From contig JBGAON010000004.1 of assembly GCA_044221725.1 (NCBI GenBank), forward strand, positions 64,001 to 128,000: 64,000 nt of DNA, written 5' to 3'. A program made the translations under genes and the position numbers. Positions 45,265 to 54,906 of this stretch are shown one piece after another. Under the pieces are notes generated by a model that had not been told where the DNA came from, did not search any database, and saw nothing but the letters and a program-made list of their open reading frames with translations. The DNA comes from Elusimicrobiota bacterium. GTDB taxonomy: Bacteria > Elusimicrobiota > Elusimicrobia > F11. How positions within the stretch are numbered: the first letter of the stretch is position 1; each line of letters opens with the position of its first letter.

Positions 45265-46005
45265 TCAGGTATTTTCTTTTGCGGTTCGAACCGAAGCAGC
45301 GAAACTGATCGCAACAAACACGAGCGTCACGGCGAGGCAAACGGCCTGCGATGGCAAATGCGAACCGATCTGCGACGTCGAATGGAAAAATCCTTGATGC
45401 AGCGCGGCCACCCCATAGGTGAGCGGGTTTATCATGATGATTGCCTTTAGCCACATCGGTGCGCGTTCCATCGGAAATAGCGCACCGGACAAAAACCACA
45501 TCGGCATCAGCACGAGATTCATAATGGCGTGAAACCCTTGCGTCGAATCCAAACGCCACGCGATGATGAAGCCGAGGCCCGTTAGCGCGAACGAGACGAG
45601 CAGCATCATTAGAAGCACATAAAGAAATCCGGAAACGCCCATCGTTATTCCCAAAAGCGGTGCGCAGATCACAAACAAAAGCGCCTGACCCGTCGCGAGA
45701 ATTGTGCCGCCCAAAATTTTCCCCATGACAATGGCCGAGCGCGATGTGGGGGAAACGAGAACACCCTGCAGAAACCCTTCGCGCCGATCCTCAATGATGG
45801 AAATTGTTGAGAAAATTGCCGTGAACAACAGAATCATCGACACGGTGCCTGGAAAAAAATATTTCAGCGTGCCGAAACCCGAACCAATCAAAATCCAAAA
45901 CACGAGCGGGGTGCCGAGCGCACCGACGATTCGATGCCGTTGGCGCAAGAATCGAACAACTTCCCGTTTCAAAAGCGAAAAGGTAGCGAGCGCAAAATTA
46001 TTCAT
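45265..46005 (-). CDS. ABC-2 type transporter permease
   Basis: FFPG, DRREGFL, FLSGALFP, INPLTY. Confidence 0.88.
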   Translation of the reverse strand: MNNFALATFSLLKREVVRFLRQRHRIVGALGTPLVFWILIGSGFGTLKYFFPGTVSMILLFTAIFSTISIIEDRREGFLQGVLVSPTSRSAIVMGKILGGTILATGQALLFVICAPLLGITMGVSGFLYVLLMMLLVSFALTGLGFIIAWRLDSTQGFHAIMNLVLMPMWFLSGALFPMERAPMWLKAIIMINPLTYGVAALHQGFFHSTSQIGSHLPSQAVCLAVTLVFVAISFAASVRTAKENT

Positions 46006-46936
46006 GTTCCTCTCCAAATTTCTGCCCGGTTTGCCGCACGAAAACATCTTCGAGCGTCGGTTTACCAACGGAGACCGCTTCGATCATACCGGGGAACGCT
46101 TCCACGAGCGGCGGAATGAATTTGTGGCCTTCTTGTTTTTCAATGCGCACGGTTCCGTTCAACGCTGTTGGTTCGCCGCCAAATTGCACTTTAATTTTTT
46201 CGGCGAGGACGGCCGCGCTTCGGGTTTGGACAACCACCATGTCGCCACCAATTTTTTTCTTCAGCTCATCCGGCGTTCCGAGCGCGACGAGATTCCCTTT
46301 GTGCAGTATGCCCAGGCGATCGCATTTGTCGCCTTCTTCCATGAGGTGTGTGGTGACCATGATCGTGACGCCATTCTTCTTCAGTTCAAAAATTAAATCC
46401 CACAACTCGCGGCGCGCGCCGGGATCAAGCCCGGTCGACGGCTCGTCCATGAGCAGCAACGCGGGTTTGTGCAGCAGGCCTTTTGCAATCTCGCCGCGGC
46501 GCTGCAAGCCACCGGACAATTGCTCGACAATGTCGTTCGCGCGATCGGTCAGCGAAAGTTTTCCAAAAATATCAGCAATGCGGCTCGTAAGATCGGATCC
46601 GCGCAGGCCGTACAAATGTCCTTGTGTCAGCGTGTTTTCGAGCAACGTCAGTTTTTTGTCCAGACTTGGATTCTGGAATACAACGCCAATTTTTTGGCGG
46701 ACCGCCGCCGGTTCTTTGGTGAGACCGGTTCCAAAAATATCAACGTCGCCGGCTTGCGGCTTCATCATCGTCGATAAAATTTTGAACAACGTGGTTTTGC
46801 CGCCACCGTTGGGCCCAAGAAGCCCAAAGATTTCTCCAGCGGCCACGTCGAAACTTAATTGATTGAGAACTTTTCTCTCGGCGTCTTTGGAAGGGAAATA
46901 GGAATGGGAAAGATTTTTTATCTGGACGGCAAACAT
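45998..46936 (-). CDS. ABC transporter ATP-binding protein
   Basis: GPNGGGKTT, LSGG, LLMDEP, TTH. Confidence 0.93.
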   Translation of the reverse strand: MFAVQIKNLSHSYFPSKDAERKVLNQLSFDVAAGEIFGLLGPNGGGKTTLFKILSTMMKPQAGDVDIFGTGLTKEPAAVRQKIGVVFQNPSLDKKLTLLENTLTQGHLYGLRGSDLTSRIADIFGKLSLTDRANDIVEQLSGGLQRRGEIAKGLLHKPALLLMDEPSTGLDPGARRELWDLIFELKKNGVTIMVTTHLMEEGDKCDRLGILHKGNLVALGTPDELKKKIGGDMVVVQTRSAAVLAEKIKVQFGGEPTALNGTVRIEKQEGHKFIPPLVEAFPGMIEAVSVGKPTLEDVFVRQTGQKFGEEHE

Positions 46937-48672
46937 CAAAGGTTCACAGCGCCATTTAACAACATCAACGTAACAAGAACAGGAATATAAAGGAGTGAGA
47001 ACAAAAACACGCGGCGCGCTTGCGCTCTTGAATGGCTGCGAAAAAATTCAAGACTGTACCACGTCATTGTGGCGCCGACCGCAATGGCCACAACAAGGTA
47101 AAAATTACCGGTCAGATTTAAAAACGTCGGGGCGCAGCTCACAAGAAAGAGGGCCGCGCTGTGCAAAAGAATCTGCCACGCGGTCGACCGGTCCGGTGCA
47201 GAGGATTCGGGCAACATGTGCAACCCGGCCGAGGCGTAGTCTTCTTTGTAAAGCCATGCAAGCGATAGAAAGTGCGGGAACTGCCAGAAAAACAAAATGC
47301 CGAAAAGCACGAGCGCTTCGATGCCGAGTTTTCCGGTGGCGGCCGTCCAACCCATTACCGGTGGCAAGGCGCCAGCAATGGCCCCAACGCTGACGCAGAT
47401 GCCGGAAATCTTTTTGAGGGGCGTGTAGATGTAGAGATAAACGCTGAGCGTGAGCGCCGCAAAAAAAGCCGAAAGAAAATTTACCGCCCAACCGAGATAC
47501 AAAACGCCAACCACCGAACAAAAAACGCCGGCAAACAGCACTTCGCCGGGTTGAAGCCGCCCGGAGGGAAGCGGTCGCTTCGATGTGCGCGCCATGGTGG
47601 CGTCGACGTCGCGCTCAATCAACATATTGAGGCACCCGGCGCCGGCCGCCGCGAGCAGCGTTCCAAGGCAGGTATGAACGAGTTTGAAAAAATTAACGTC
47701 GCCGCGGCTTCCCAGCACAAAGCCAGCAAGCGCGGTGATTCCGGCCATGAAACTAATGCCCGGTTTCGTGAGCGTGAAATAATCTTTGAGCGTTGTGGTG
47801 ATAGGAGCCGTATGGAGAGGGCGCGTCTTGTAAGCAACGAGCGCCGCGATCAGTGACAGGCCCAGCAGCAGAGCGCCGATCGCGACGTGCGCGGTCACGA
47901 ACAGAATTGCCCACATCGGAATTGGAATCACATCAAACGGGTGGATCAGGATTAAATAGGAGCCGATGCCAAGAGACACTTGCGTCAGCAGCACACCGAG
48001 GATTCCGAGGGAATAATTCCGCAAAATTTTGAGGGATGCATGATCGCGCCACACGCGCCGAACAAACCACAAGGCGACAATGGCAACGACGAGAGCACCG
48101 GCGGCGTGGAACGGGAAGACGCGCCCGGTGTGACGCAATGTTGCGCCAAGAATGAGTTGCACGTAGCTCACACCCACCAGAGCAAAACCCACACGATGGA
48201 GAGGCACCACGTTCGTTGGTTCGGCCCGCGCGACGACAGCGTTTCGCCAAAAACCCGATGTCCATACGGCGAGCGCCGTTACCACACAGAAGAACGCTTG
48301 CGCCGTACAGGCATGAGCAATCGAAATCGGAGGCGGTAACCGGAAGAGCACGGTCATTCCGCCCAACACGCCTTGGAAAATAACGAGTCCAACCGCGGCC
48401 CACGCCGTTTTCTTTATCCACGAGCGATCGTCTTTCAACGTCAGAAGGATGGCCATGACGACGGTGAGAAATCCCACGGTGGTTGCGACCATGCGGTGGC
48501 CGTGTTCATAAAAAATTCCCCCGATCATAGGCGGCATGAGGCGACCGTACGAGAGCGGCCAATCGGGCACCGATAGGCCGGATTCGGTTGTTTTCACGAG
48601 GCCGCCCACGAACACAAGAAACAACGTGCAGGACGCAACCGCCAGCGCAAATCGATGAAGAGTTTTATTCAT
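46936..48672 (-). CDS. Fused heme A synthase (CtaA) and heme O synthase (CtaB)
   Basis: N half SGLSVPDWP, EHGHR; C half LTKP, D..M.RT..RPLPSG, YTPLK, WQFPHF, DY..AG..MLP. Confidence 0.9.
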   Translation of the reverse strand: MNKTLHRFALAVASCTLFLVFVGGLVKTTESGLSVPDWPLSYGRLMPPMIGGIFYEHGHRMVATTVGFLTVVMAILLTLKDDRSWIKKTAWAAVGLVIFQGVLGGMTVLFRLPPPISIAHACTAQAFFCVVTALAVWTSGFWRNAVVARAEPTNVVPLHRVGFALVGVSYVQLILGATLRHTGRVFPFHAAGALVVAIVALWFVRRVWRDHASLKILRNYSLGILGVLLTQVSLGIGSYLILIHPFDVIPIPMWAILFVTAHVAIGALLLGLSLIAALVAYKTRPLHTAPITTTLKDYFTLTKPGISFMAGITALAGFVLGSRGDVNFFKLVHTCLGTLLAAAGAGCLNMLIERDVDATMARTSKRPLPSGRLQPGEVLFAGVFCSVVGVLYLGWAVNFLSAFFAALTLSVYLYIYTPLKKISGICVSVGAIAGALPPVMGWTAATGKLGIEALVLFGILFFWQFPHFLSLAWLYKEDYASAGLHMLPESSAPDRSTAWQILLHSAALFLVSCAPTFLNLTGNFYLVVAIAVGATMTWYSLEFFRSHSRAQARRVFLFSLLYIPVLVTLMLLNGAVNL

Positions 48673-48871
48673 GGGCGCCGGGTTTTTTTGAGGCGCGAAC
48701 AACCATGGTCACAAGACCGGCCATCAAAACAAACGGAAGGAGCCCGAGAACCGCAACGCCCCACGTAAATCCGCGAACGAGATTTCCATCAGCGCCACCA
48801 AAGCAAACGGAGCAAGCGTGAGAAAGCACGGGCAAAGAAATAAGAATAACAGCAATAAGAATTTTCTTCAT
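48665..48871 (-). CDS. Small CxxC membrane protein of the oxidase cluster
   Basis: Signal peptide, ACSVCFG, one C-terminal TM. Confidence 0.65.
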   Translation of the reverse strand: MKKILIAVILISLPVLSHACSVCFGGADGNLVRGFTWGVAVLGLLPFVLMAGLVTMVVRASKKPGAHE

Positions 48872-48895
48872 AATAAACGGTGGATGATGCGGGGA

Positions 48896-49189
48896 TTAGG
48901 ACAAAAGACCGATGTCTTGAATCAGCGAACCAACCAATACAGCAACAAAAAAGAGTGCAACGAGCAACATCGCAATGAGGCCACGCTTTTCCACTTTCAA
49001 ATGCATGAAAAAGCTCGCGATTAACACGACTTTCGTCAAAGCGATAAGTCCCGCCAACGCAATCGCACGTTTGTGCGGAAGTCCCATGTACGACAACGCA
49101 ACCGTGAGCCCGGTCAGCAATGCGAGTCCAGCGAAAACCAGCAGATAAACTTTGACCGACGGGTGATGTTGAGCCGTTTCGTTATTCAT
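48896..49189 (-). CDS. Cytochrome c oxidase subunit IV
   Basis: Y..VF..L..LT, K..L...FFMHLK.E. Confidence 0.85.
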   Translation of the reverse strand: MNNETAQHHPSVKVYLLVFAGLALLTGLTVALSYMGLPHKRAIALAGLIALTKVVLIASFFMHLKVEKRGLIAMLLVALFFVAVLVGSLIQDIGLLS

Positions 49190-49190
49190 G

Positions 49191-49775
49191 TTAAACCAAA
49201 TAGAACACCGGGAAAAGAATTACCCACACCAAATCCACGAAGTGCCAATAAAGTCCCGCGTATTCAACTCGCTCGTAGCGATGACTGTTAAATTTTCCTC
49301 TGAGACCGCCGACCAGAACGTACATGTTAAACGCGAGACCACCAATCATGTGCAACGCGTGCAAACCGGTCAATGTGAAATAGAACGATCCAAAGAGTCC
49401 GCTCGAAATTGTGAGTCCTTCCGAAATTTTGTGGTGATACTCGAACATTTTAATACCTAGAAACGCGAGGCCCAACAACGACGTCAAAATTAAAAAACCC
49501 GCGAACTGTTTTACGTTGTCTTTCTGAATCGCCGAAAGCGCCAAGACCATCGTGACGCTGCTTGTGATGAGAACAAACGTGTTGATCGTCGCCAGCGGAC
49601 GCCCCATAATCTCTTCTGGCGGAACGCCAAAGTTTGGGCTTCCCATGCGCAGCACTATGTATGCGCTGATAAACGCGCCGAACAACATGATTTCAGAGGC
49701 CAGAAACACCCACATGCCAAGCTTGCCGTGCGGAATTCCGGTGGCGTTGTATTCCACTGCTGCTGATTGCGACAT
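49191..49775 (-). CDS. coxC: Cytochrome c oxidase subunit III
   Basis: GMWVFLASE.M.F, NT.VLITSS, LTGLHALH, YWHFVD.VW. Confidence 0.93.
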   Translation of the reverse strand: MSQSAAVEYNATGIPHGKLGMWVFLASEIMLFGAFISAYIVLRMGSPNFGVPPEEIMGRPLATINTFVLITSSVTMVLALSAIQKDNVKQFAGFLILTSLLGLAFLGIKMFEYHHKISEGLTISSGLFGSFYFTLTGLHALHMIGGLAFNMYVLVGGLRGKFNSHRYERVEYAGLYWHFVDLVWVILFPVFYLV

Positions 49776-51496
49776 TAGGATTTGCCCTCCACATGTTGCG
49801 GTATGAAATCGGATGCCGCGCCAGGGACGCTGTATTCGTAGGGGCCGCGGTACACTTTCGGCAGTGACGTGAAATTGCCGTGCGGTGGTGGGGACGGGCA
49901 CGCCCACTCGAGCGTCGTGGCCTGCCAAGGATTCTCGGCCGGCTTTTCGCCTTTAAAGATGCTCACAAACAAATTCACAATAAATGGGATTTGGAACACG
50001 AGCAGCGCCACAGCGGAAGCCAATTGCAGCGGGCTCAATCCTTGCGTCGTCAAATTGTGCGCTTGAACGGTCGGATCGTAAAGACGTCGTTGCATGCCGG
50101 CCAAACCCTGAATGAACATCGGAAAAAATATTCCGTTCATGCAGATGACCGTGCCCCAGAAATGGATTTTGCCAAGCATGTCGTTCATCTTGCGGCCGAA
50201 CATTTTTGGAAACCAGTAATAAATACCGCCCATGAGCGCCACGAGACTGCCAGTGACCACCACATAATGGAAATGACCAATCACATAGTAGGTGTCGTGC
50301 AAATAAATGTCGGTCGGTAAGAACCCGAGAGGAAGTCCGGTGAGACCGCCAATCCCGAAAAGTGGCAAGAAGGCCAGCGCGAACAACATCGGCGTTTTAA
50401 ACCGAATCGACCCGCCCCACAGGCTGAACACGTAGCAGCTCAAAATGGCGACCGAAGGAATGGAAATCACCATGGTTGTAACCATGAAGATGCGGCTGAG
50501 CGACGTTTTCATGCCGCTCAAAAACATGTGGTGCGCCCAAACGAGGAACGACAAAACTCCAAGGAAAATCATCGACGCGACAATCGTGCGATAACCAAAC
50601 AGCGGTTTGCGTGTGTTGTTCGCAAGAATTTCACCAACGATTCCCATCGCGGGAAGAATCAACACGTACACCTCGGGGTGCGCCAAGAACCAGAACAAAT
50701 GTTGATAAAGAAGAGCGCTGCCGCCGCCAACCCGGTTAAGCAGCGTACCAGAAACGACGAGTCCGGCGGGCAGATAGAAGCACGTTCCCGCGACGCGGTC
50801 GAGCAATTGGAGAATCGCACCGGCCTGAAGCACCGGGAACGCGAACAAAAGCAGAATCGCCGTAATGAACTGACCCCAAACAAACACCGGAAGGCGCATC
50901 CACGTAAGGCCAGGCGCACGAAGATTCACGGTGGTGACGATAAAATTAATGCTGCCGAAGAGCGACGAGGTAATAAGAAATGTCATCGAAATGAGCCACA
51001 TGGTCTGACCCACCGGTTGAATCACCGAGAGAGGGGGGTACGACGTCCAGCCGGACTGCGCAGCGCCGCCCGGAAGCCAAAAACTCGAGAGCATCAGCAC
51101 GCCGCCCACGAAGTAAACCCAGTAGCTCATCATGTTCAGTTTCGGGAACGCCATGTCGCCGGCGCCAATTTGAAGCGGCAAGAAATAATTTCCGTAGAAG
51201 CCAACCCCCAAAGGAACCACGCCCAAGAAGATCATGATCGTGCCGTGCATCGCGCCAAGCTGGTTATAGAACTCGGGCAACATAATGCCGCCCGGGGCAA
51301 ACGTTTGGCTCAGCAGATGACCGATCAGCGGAATGGGTTTGCCGGGATAGGCAAGTTGCCAGCGCATGAGAATCACAAAGCAAAAGCCGGTCAATAAGAA
51401 GACCAACGATGTGAACATGTATTGCAGCCCGATGACTTTGTGATCGAGCGAAAAGATGTATTTACGAATGAAACTTGGCTGATGATTGTCTGACAC
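49775..51496 (-). CDS. coxA: Cytochrome c oxidase subunit I (A1-type)
   Basis: DHK.IG, HGTIMIF, GWTSYPPL, HPEVY, WAHHM, HDTYYVIGHFH. Confidence 0.96.
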   Translation of the reverse strand: MSDNHQPSFIRKYIFSLDHKVIGLQYMFTSLVFLLTGFCFVILMRWQLAYPGKPIPLIGHLLSQTFAPGGIMLPEFYNQLGAMHGTIMIFLGVVPLGVGFYGNYFLPLQIGAGDMAFPKLNMMSYWVYFVGGVLMLSSFWLPGGAAQSGWTSYPPLSVIQPVGQTMWLISMTFLITSSLFGSINFIVTTVNLRAPGLTWMRLPVFVWGQFITAILLLFAFPVLQAGAILQLLDRVAGTCFYLPAGLVVSGTLLNRVGGGSALLYQHLFWFLAHPEVYVLILPAMGIVGEILANNTRKPLFGYRTIVASMIFLGVLSFLVWAHHMFLSGMKTSLSRIFMVTTMVISIPSVAILSCYVFSLWGGSIRFKTPMLFALAFLPLFGIGGLTGLPLGFLPTDIYLHDTYYVIGHFHYVVVTGSLVALMGGIYYWFPKMFGRKMNDMLGKIHFWGTVICMNGIFFPMFIQGLAGMQRRLYDPTVQAHNLTTQGLSPLQLASAVALLVFQIPFIVNLFVSIFKGEKPAENPWQATTLEWACPSPPPHGNFTSLPKVYRGPYEYSVPGAASDFIPQHVEGKS

Positions 51497-51506
51497 TATT
51501 TAACTC

Positions 51507-51538
51507 CGTCATCCTGGCATGTCGTACGCCAGGATCCA
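51507..51538. repeat. CGTC-tagged REP-like palindrome, monomer copy 4
   Basis: cgtcatcctggc-atgtcgtac-gccaggatcca matches the reverse complement of the right arm of the 12154 dimer. Confidence 0.8.
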
Positions 51539-51561
51539 ATTTACCTCAGGAAAAGTGGGCC

Positions 51562-52335
51562 TTATCCCTGATTTTGTTCTTTCAATTCTTGTGCTCTCTG
51601 CTGTTTCCAATTCTCAAAATCTTCGGGCGTATGGACCACCACTTCGCCGCGCATGCGGTAATGGCCAAGTCCACACAACTGTGCGCAGCCGATTTCGTAG
51701 CGACCGACTTTCGTCGGCTCAAACCACAACGGAACGCGCATGCCAGGCACCACGTCTTGCTTCACGCGGAATTCCGGCACAAAAAAACTGTGAATGACGT
51801 CTTTCGACGTCATGTAAATGATGGTTGGTTTCCCGAGCGGCACGTGCAACTCGTTCAGCGAAACGTAGTCGTCTTTGCCGTTCGGGTCGTTGGCATCGAT
51901 ACCGACGGTGTTGCCGGACGAGATCTGTTTCGCATCTTTTTTAGCGAACAAACCATCCGGGCCCGGATACTGAAAGCCCCAGGCAAACTGTTCGGCCACA
52001 AGTTCGACGACGACCGAGTTCTCGTCTTTCGGGAAATCCTCTTTCACGTGCGCCCAAATGGGAAGGCCGAGGAAAAATACAAGCCAAAGCTCAAAGCCCA
52101 ACACCATCGCGTCGGGCAGAAACGAGGCCAAACCGCCCTTATGCGCCGCATCATAAGAGGCTGTTTGCTGGTTCCCTTTGCGGAACCGGATCAGGCAATA
52201 GGTGAAGAAAATTCCCCAGACCACGAAGATCGCGGTCATTCCCCACTGCAGCAGGTTCAAAGCAAAATCAATTCTGCCCGCGTACGTGGAGGCGGCGATG
52301 GGAAGGCCGAACGTGTAATTCGACGGATCGATCAT
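51562..52335 (-). CDS. coxB: Cytochrome c oxidase subunit II
   Basis: QFAW.F.YP, DVIHSF, KQDVVPG, CuA motif CAQLCGLGHYRM. Confidence 0.94.
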   Translation of the reverse strand: MIDPSNYTFGLPIAASTYAGRIDFALNLLQWGMTAIFVVWGIFFTYCLIRFRKGNQQTASYDAAHKGGLASFLPDAMVLGFELWLVFFLGLPIWAHVKEDFPKDENSVVVELVAEQFAWGFQYPGPDGLFAKKDAKQISSGNTVGIDANDPNGKDDYVSLNELHVPLGKPTIIYMTSKDVIHSFFVPEFRVKQDVVPGMRVPLWFEPTKVGRYEIGCAQLCGLGHYRMRGEVVVHTPEDFENWKQQRAQELKEQNQG

Positions 52336-52346
52336 TGAGCTGAGGC

Positions 52347-53126
52347 TTAGGCTCCCTTAAATGTGAATTCGATCGTTTTCGATTCTTTGGCGCCGACGGT
52401 CACTTTCTGCGTCGCGGTGCCGTATTTTTCGTGCCACGCTTCGATTTCGTATTCGCCCGGAGGCAGGTTCTTCAAAGAGAACGATCCATCGTCTGAGGTA
52501 ACCGACGCGTACGGATGATCTTGAACGCCGATCCACGCGTGCATCCATGGGTGGACGTCGCATTTCACAGGAATCATGACTTCGGGAGTCGTGAAAGTCT
52601 TATCCGATTCCATTCCCTGTACCGGCTGACCCATGTTGAAGCCCTGGTTTTTCGTTGGACGGACGTTCACGTTGTGAAGAACGCCGTCGGAGTTGCGAAT
52701 TTTGAGCGGTTGGCCAACTTGAACGGCGGCCACGTGTGGCGTGTACAAGCAACCTTTTTGATCAAAGACAACCGGTTCCGTTGGTGCCGGGAATTTTGTG
52801 GTGCCAAGACCGCTTTTCACGTAGACGTAAACATACTTCAAGGTTTTGTTCGGGTTGACCACGACTTCCTCGGAAACGACGTCCGTCGCGTGCTGGGTTT
52901 TGCAATAAGCGTCAGCGCCCATGGAAATTTTCTGCGCTTTTGGAGCGGTGCCCGCGAATTTCACGGTGCCGCTAATGCTACCGGCGGTGTTTGGATCGAC
53001 CGGATTTTGCGCAACAGCTTGCGTGTTCGATGCGGCCGGCGCTCCGGACTCTGTGTTCGATCCACCTTTGCAAGCGCCCAAAACAAAAAGTGTGCTGACC
53101 AGTAAATAACTTCGATGAAACTTCAT
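52347..53126 (-). CDS. Lipoprotein with cupredoxin-like and carboxypeptidase-regulatory-like domains
   Basis: Lipobox LGAC; DQKGC.Y.PH, HNV, KCDVHPWM; AGGAGG RBS supports ATG 53126. Confidence 0.75.
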   Translation of the reverse strand: MKFHRSYLLVSTLFVLGACKGGSNTESGAPAASNTQAVAQNPVDPNTAGSISGTVKFAGTAPKAQKISMGADAYCKTQHATDVVSEEVVVNPNKTLKYVYVYVKSGLGTTKFPAPTEPVVFDQKGCLYTPHVAAVQVGQPLKIRNSDGVLHNVNVRPTKNQGFNMGQPVQGMESDKTFTTPEVMIPVKCDVHPWMHAWIGVQDHPYASVTSDDGSFSLKNLPPGEYEIEAWHEKYGTATQKVTVGAKESKTIEFTFKGA

Positions 53127-53166
53127 TTTGAATCCTCCTGGAATTAAGTGACGGGGTGAGAAAATG

Positions 53167-53195
53167 AAACTATCAATCTTCCTGTTGGCGGTCAA
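53167..53195 (-). promoter_or_regulatory. Sigma70-type promoter of the oxidase operon
   Basis: TTGACC-17 nt-TAGTTT with TGn extension. Confidence 0.5.
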
Positions 53196-53269
53196 GTATA
53201 TGGATCCATTCAGCGCGGACGCATAGGTTTGACGGACTCCGGCAAGTGAGTTACTCTCACCGCTATCTC

Positions 53270-54172
53270 ATGGATTCCCGAGAGCTTCACTTTTTTGATG
53301 GTTGCCCAGTCTGCGGTGCACAAAGCACGAGCCGCTTGTACGTTTTGAAAGATACCTCCGTTTTTTGTTGCCCGCGTTGCACACTAAAATTCCTTAATCC
53401 TTGTTTGTCTGCGCGCGCGATGGCCGAAGCCTATTCGTCGGAATCGGAACTTTTAAAGCTGCATGATCATCACCAGGGTTACTATTCGTTCCATGACCCC
53501 GATTTTACGAGCGCCACGTCGAAGGAGTTTCGAAAAGCCATTGAGGCGGTGAACGTCATTCGGCGCGGGTCAAAGACGAAAGTATTTGACGTCGGCTTTG
53601 GAAACGGATTGTTTCTTGCGCTCGCAAAAAATATGGGATGGGAGGTCGCCGGCATTGATACATGTGCCGAAAACGTGCCAAAGGCGAGTTCCCAACTCGG
53701 CGTTTCGTTGGCCCAAGGATCGTTTGACAGTTTTGTGCCGAACGAAAGTTATGATGTTGTTTCGTTTTGGGATGTTCTTGAGCACATGTCTGATCCCAAC
53801 GCCGCCCTTCGTAAAACCATTAATACTCTCGTTCCGGGGGGCGTGGTGATCGTTGGAATTCCAAACGATTCGTCTGCGATGGCGAAAATAGCCTCTCTGT
53901 TGTACCGCGCGACCTTGGGCAAATGCGTTTCCCCTGTGAATCGAACTTATATTTGGGAGCATGTCTGTTATTTCAATCGAACCAGTCTGAAGTATCTGTT
54001 TGAGCAGCATGGATTTGTCGAAAAGGTGTTTTTTCTGAGCCGAACGGATCTCGCAAAATACACGCTGCCATTTTTCGAGAAAATTATCGTTCAAGCATTG
54101 CTTATAATGGGACGAATAACACGGTGGGAAAACCGAATGGTGGCCGTGTATCAACGGGCGAGTGGCAAATGA
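53270..54172 (+). CDS. Class I SAM-dependent methyltransferase with N-terminal Zn ribbon
   Basis: CPVC..CPRC, FDVGFGNG, WDVLEH, EH..YF; start 53246 or 53270. Confidence 0.85.
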   Translation: MDSRELHFFDGCPVCGAQSTSRLYVLKDTSVFCCPRCTLKFLNPCLSARAMAEAYSSESELLKLHDHHQGYYSFHDPDFTSATSKEFRKAIEAVNVIRRGSKTKVFDVGFGNGLFLALAKNMGWEVAGIDTCAENVPKASSQLGVSLAQGSFDSFVPNESYDVVSFWDVLEHMSDPNAALRKTINTLVPGGVVIVGIPNDSSAMAKIASLLYRATLGKCVSPVNRTYIWEHVCYFNRTSLKYLFEQHGFVEKVFFLSRTDLAKYTLPFFEKIIVQALLIMGRITRWENRMVAVYQRASGK

Positions 54173-54906
54173 AAACGCTCATTATTATTCCAACCTACAA
54201 TGAAGTCGAAAATATTGCGGAAATTATCAAGCTCATTCGTCGTGACGTCCGATCCTATTGTCCCGATATTCTCGTCGTGGACAGCAATTCGCCGGATGGA
54301 ACAGCCCATGACGTCGAGACACTTCAGAAAACTGACGCGGGTTTACATTTAATTGTTCAGCCCCAAAAAGTTGGCCTGGGAAAAGCTTATTTGGAAGGAA
54401 TGAATTGGGCGCTCGCGCGAGATTACGAAACGATCGTGACGATGGACGCCGATTTTTCTCACAATCCGAGCCATCTGAACGAGTTGCTCGCGATGTCAAA
54501 TACCACCAATTTTGTCATCGGTTCGCGCTATATCAAAGGGGGCGGACTGAACGCGTGGCCCTTTCATCGGCGCCTGTTGAGCCGTGGCGCAAATCTGTTT
54601 GCGAAATTAGTGACGGCGCTGCCGTTTAACGATTGTACGAGTGGGTTTCAAGCGGTCCACAAAAAAATATTGGCCGGAATTCTTTCGCAGCCGATCGTTT
54701 CGGACGGGTATGCTTTTCAAATTGAGCTTAAGTACCGCGGGCTTGAAGAGAACGCCTCTTTCTCCGAAATCCCTATTGTTTTTACGAACCGCACAAGAGG
54801 CACATCAAAGATCTCACGCAAAATTATCGTTGAGACGTTTTTTTATGTTTTGAGCCTTTTCCCCAAAAGAAATATGGTGGAAAAACGCCTCGAGTCGCGG
54901 ACATAG
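54169..54906 (+). CDS. Polyprenol-monophosphomannose synthase-like GT2
   Basis: IIPTYNE.EN, NSPDGT, MDADFSH, GSRY..GG, D.TSGF, GYAFQIE. Confidence 0.9.
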   Translation: MKTLIIIPTYNEVENIAEIIKLIRRDVRSYCPDILVVDSNSPDGTAHDVETLQKTDAGLHLIVQPQKVGLGKAYLEGMNWALARDYETIVTMDADFSHNPSHLNELLAMSNTTNFVIGSRYIKGGGLNAWPFHRRLLSRGANLFAKLVTALPFNDCTSGFQAVHKKILAGILSQPIVSDGYAFQIELKYRGLEENASFSEIPIVFTNRTRGTSKISRKIIVETFFYVLSLFPKRNMVEKRLESRT

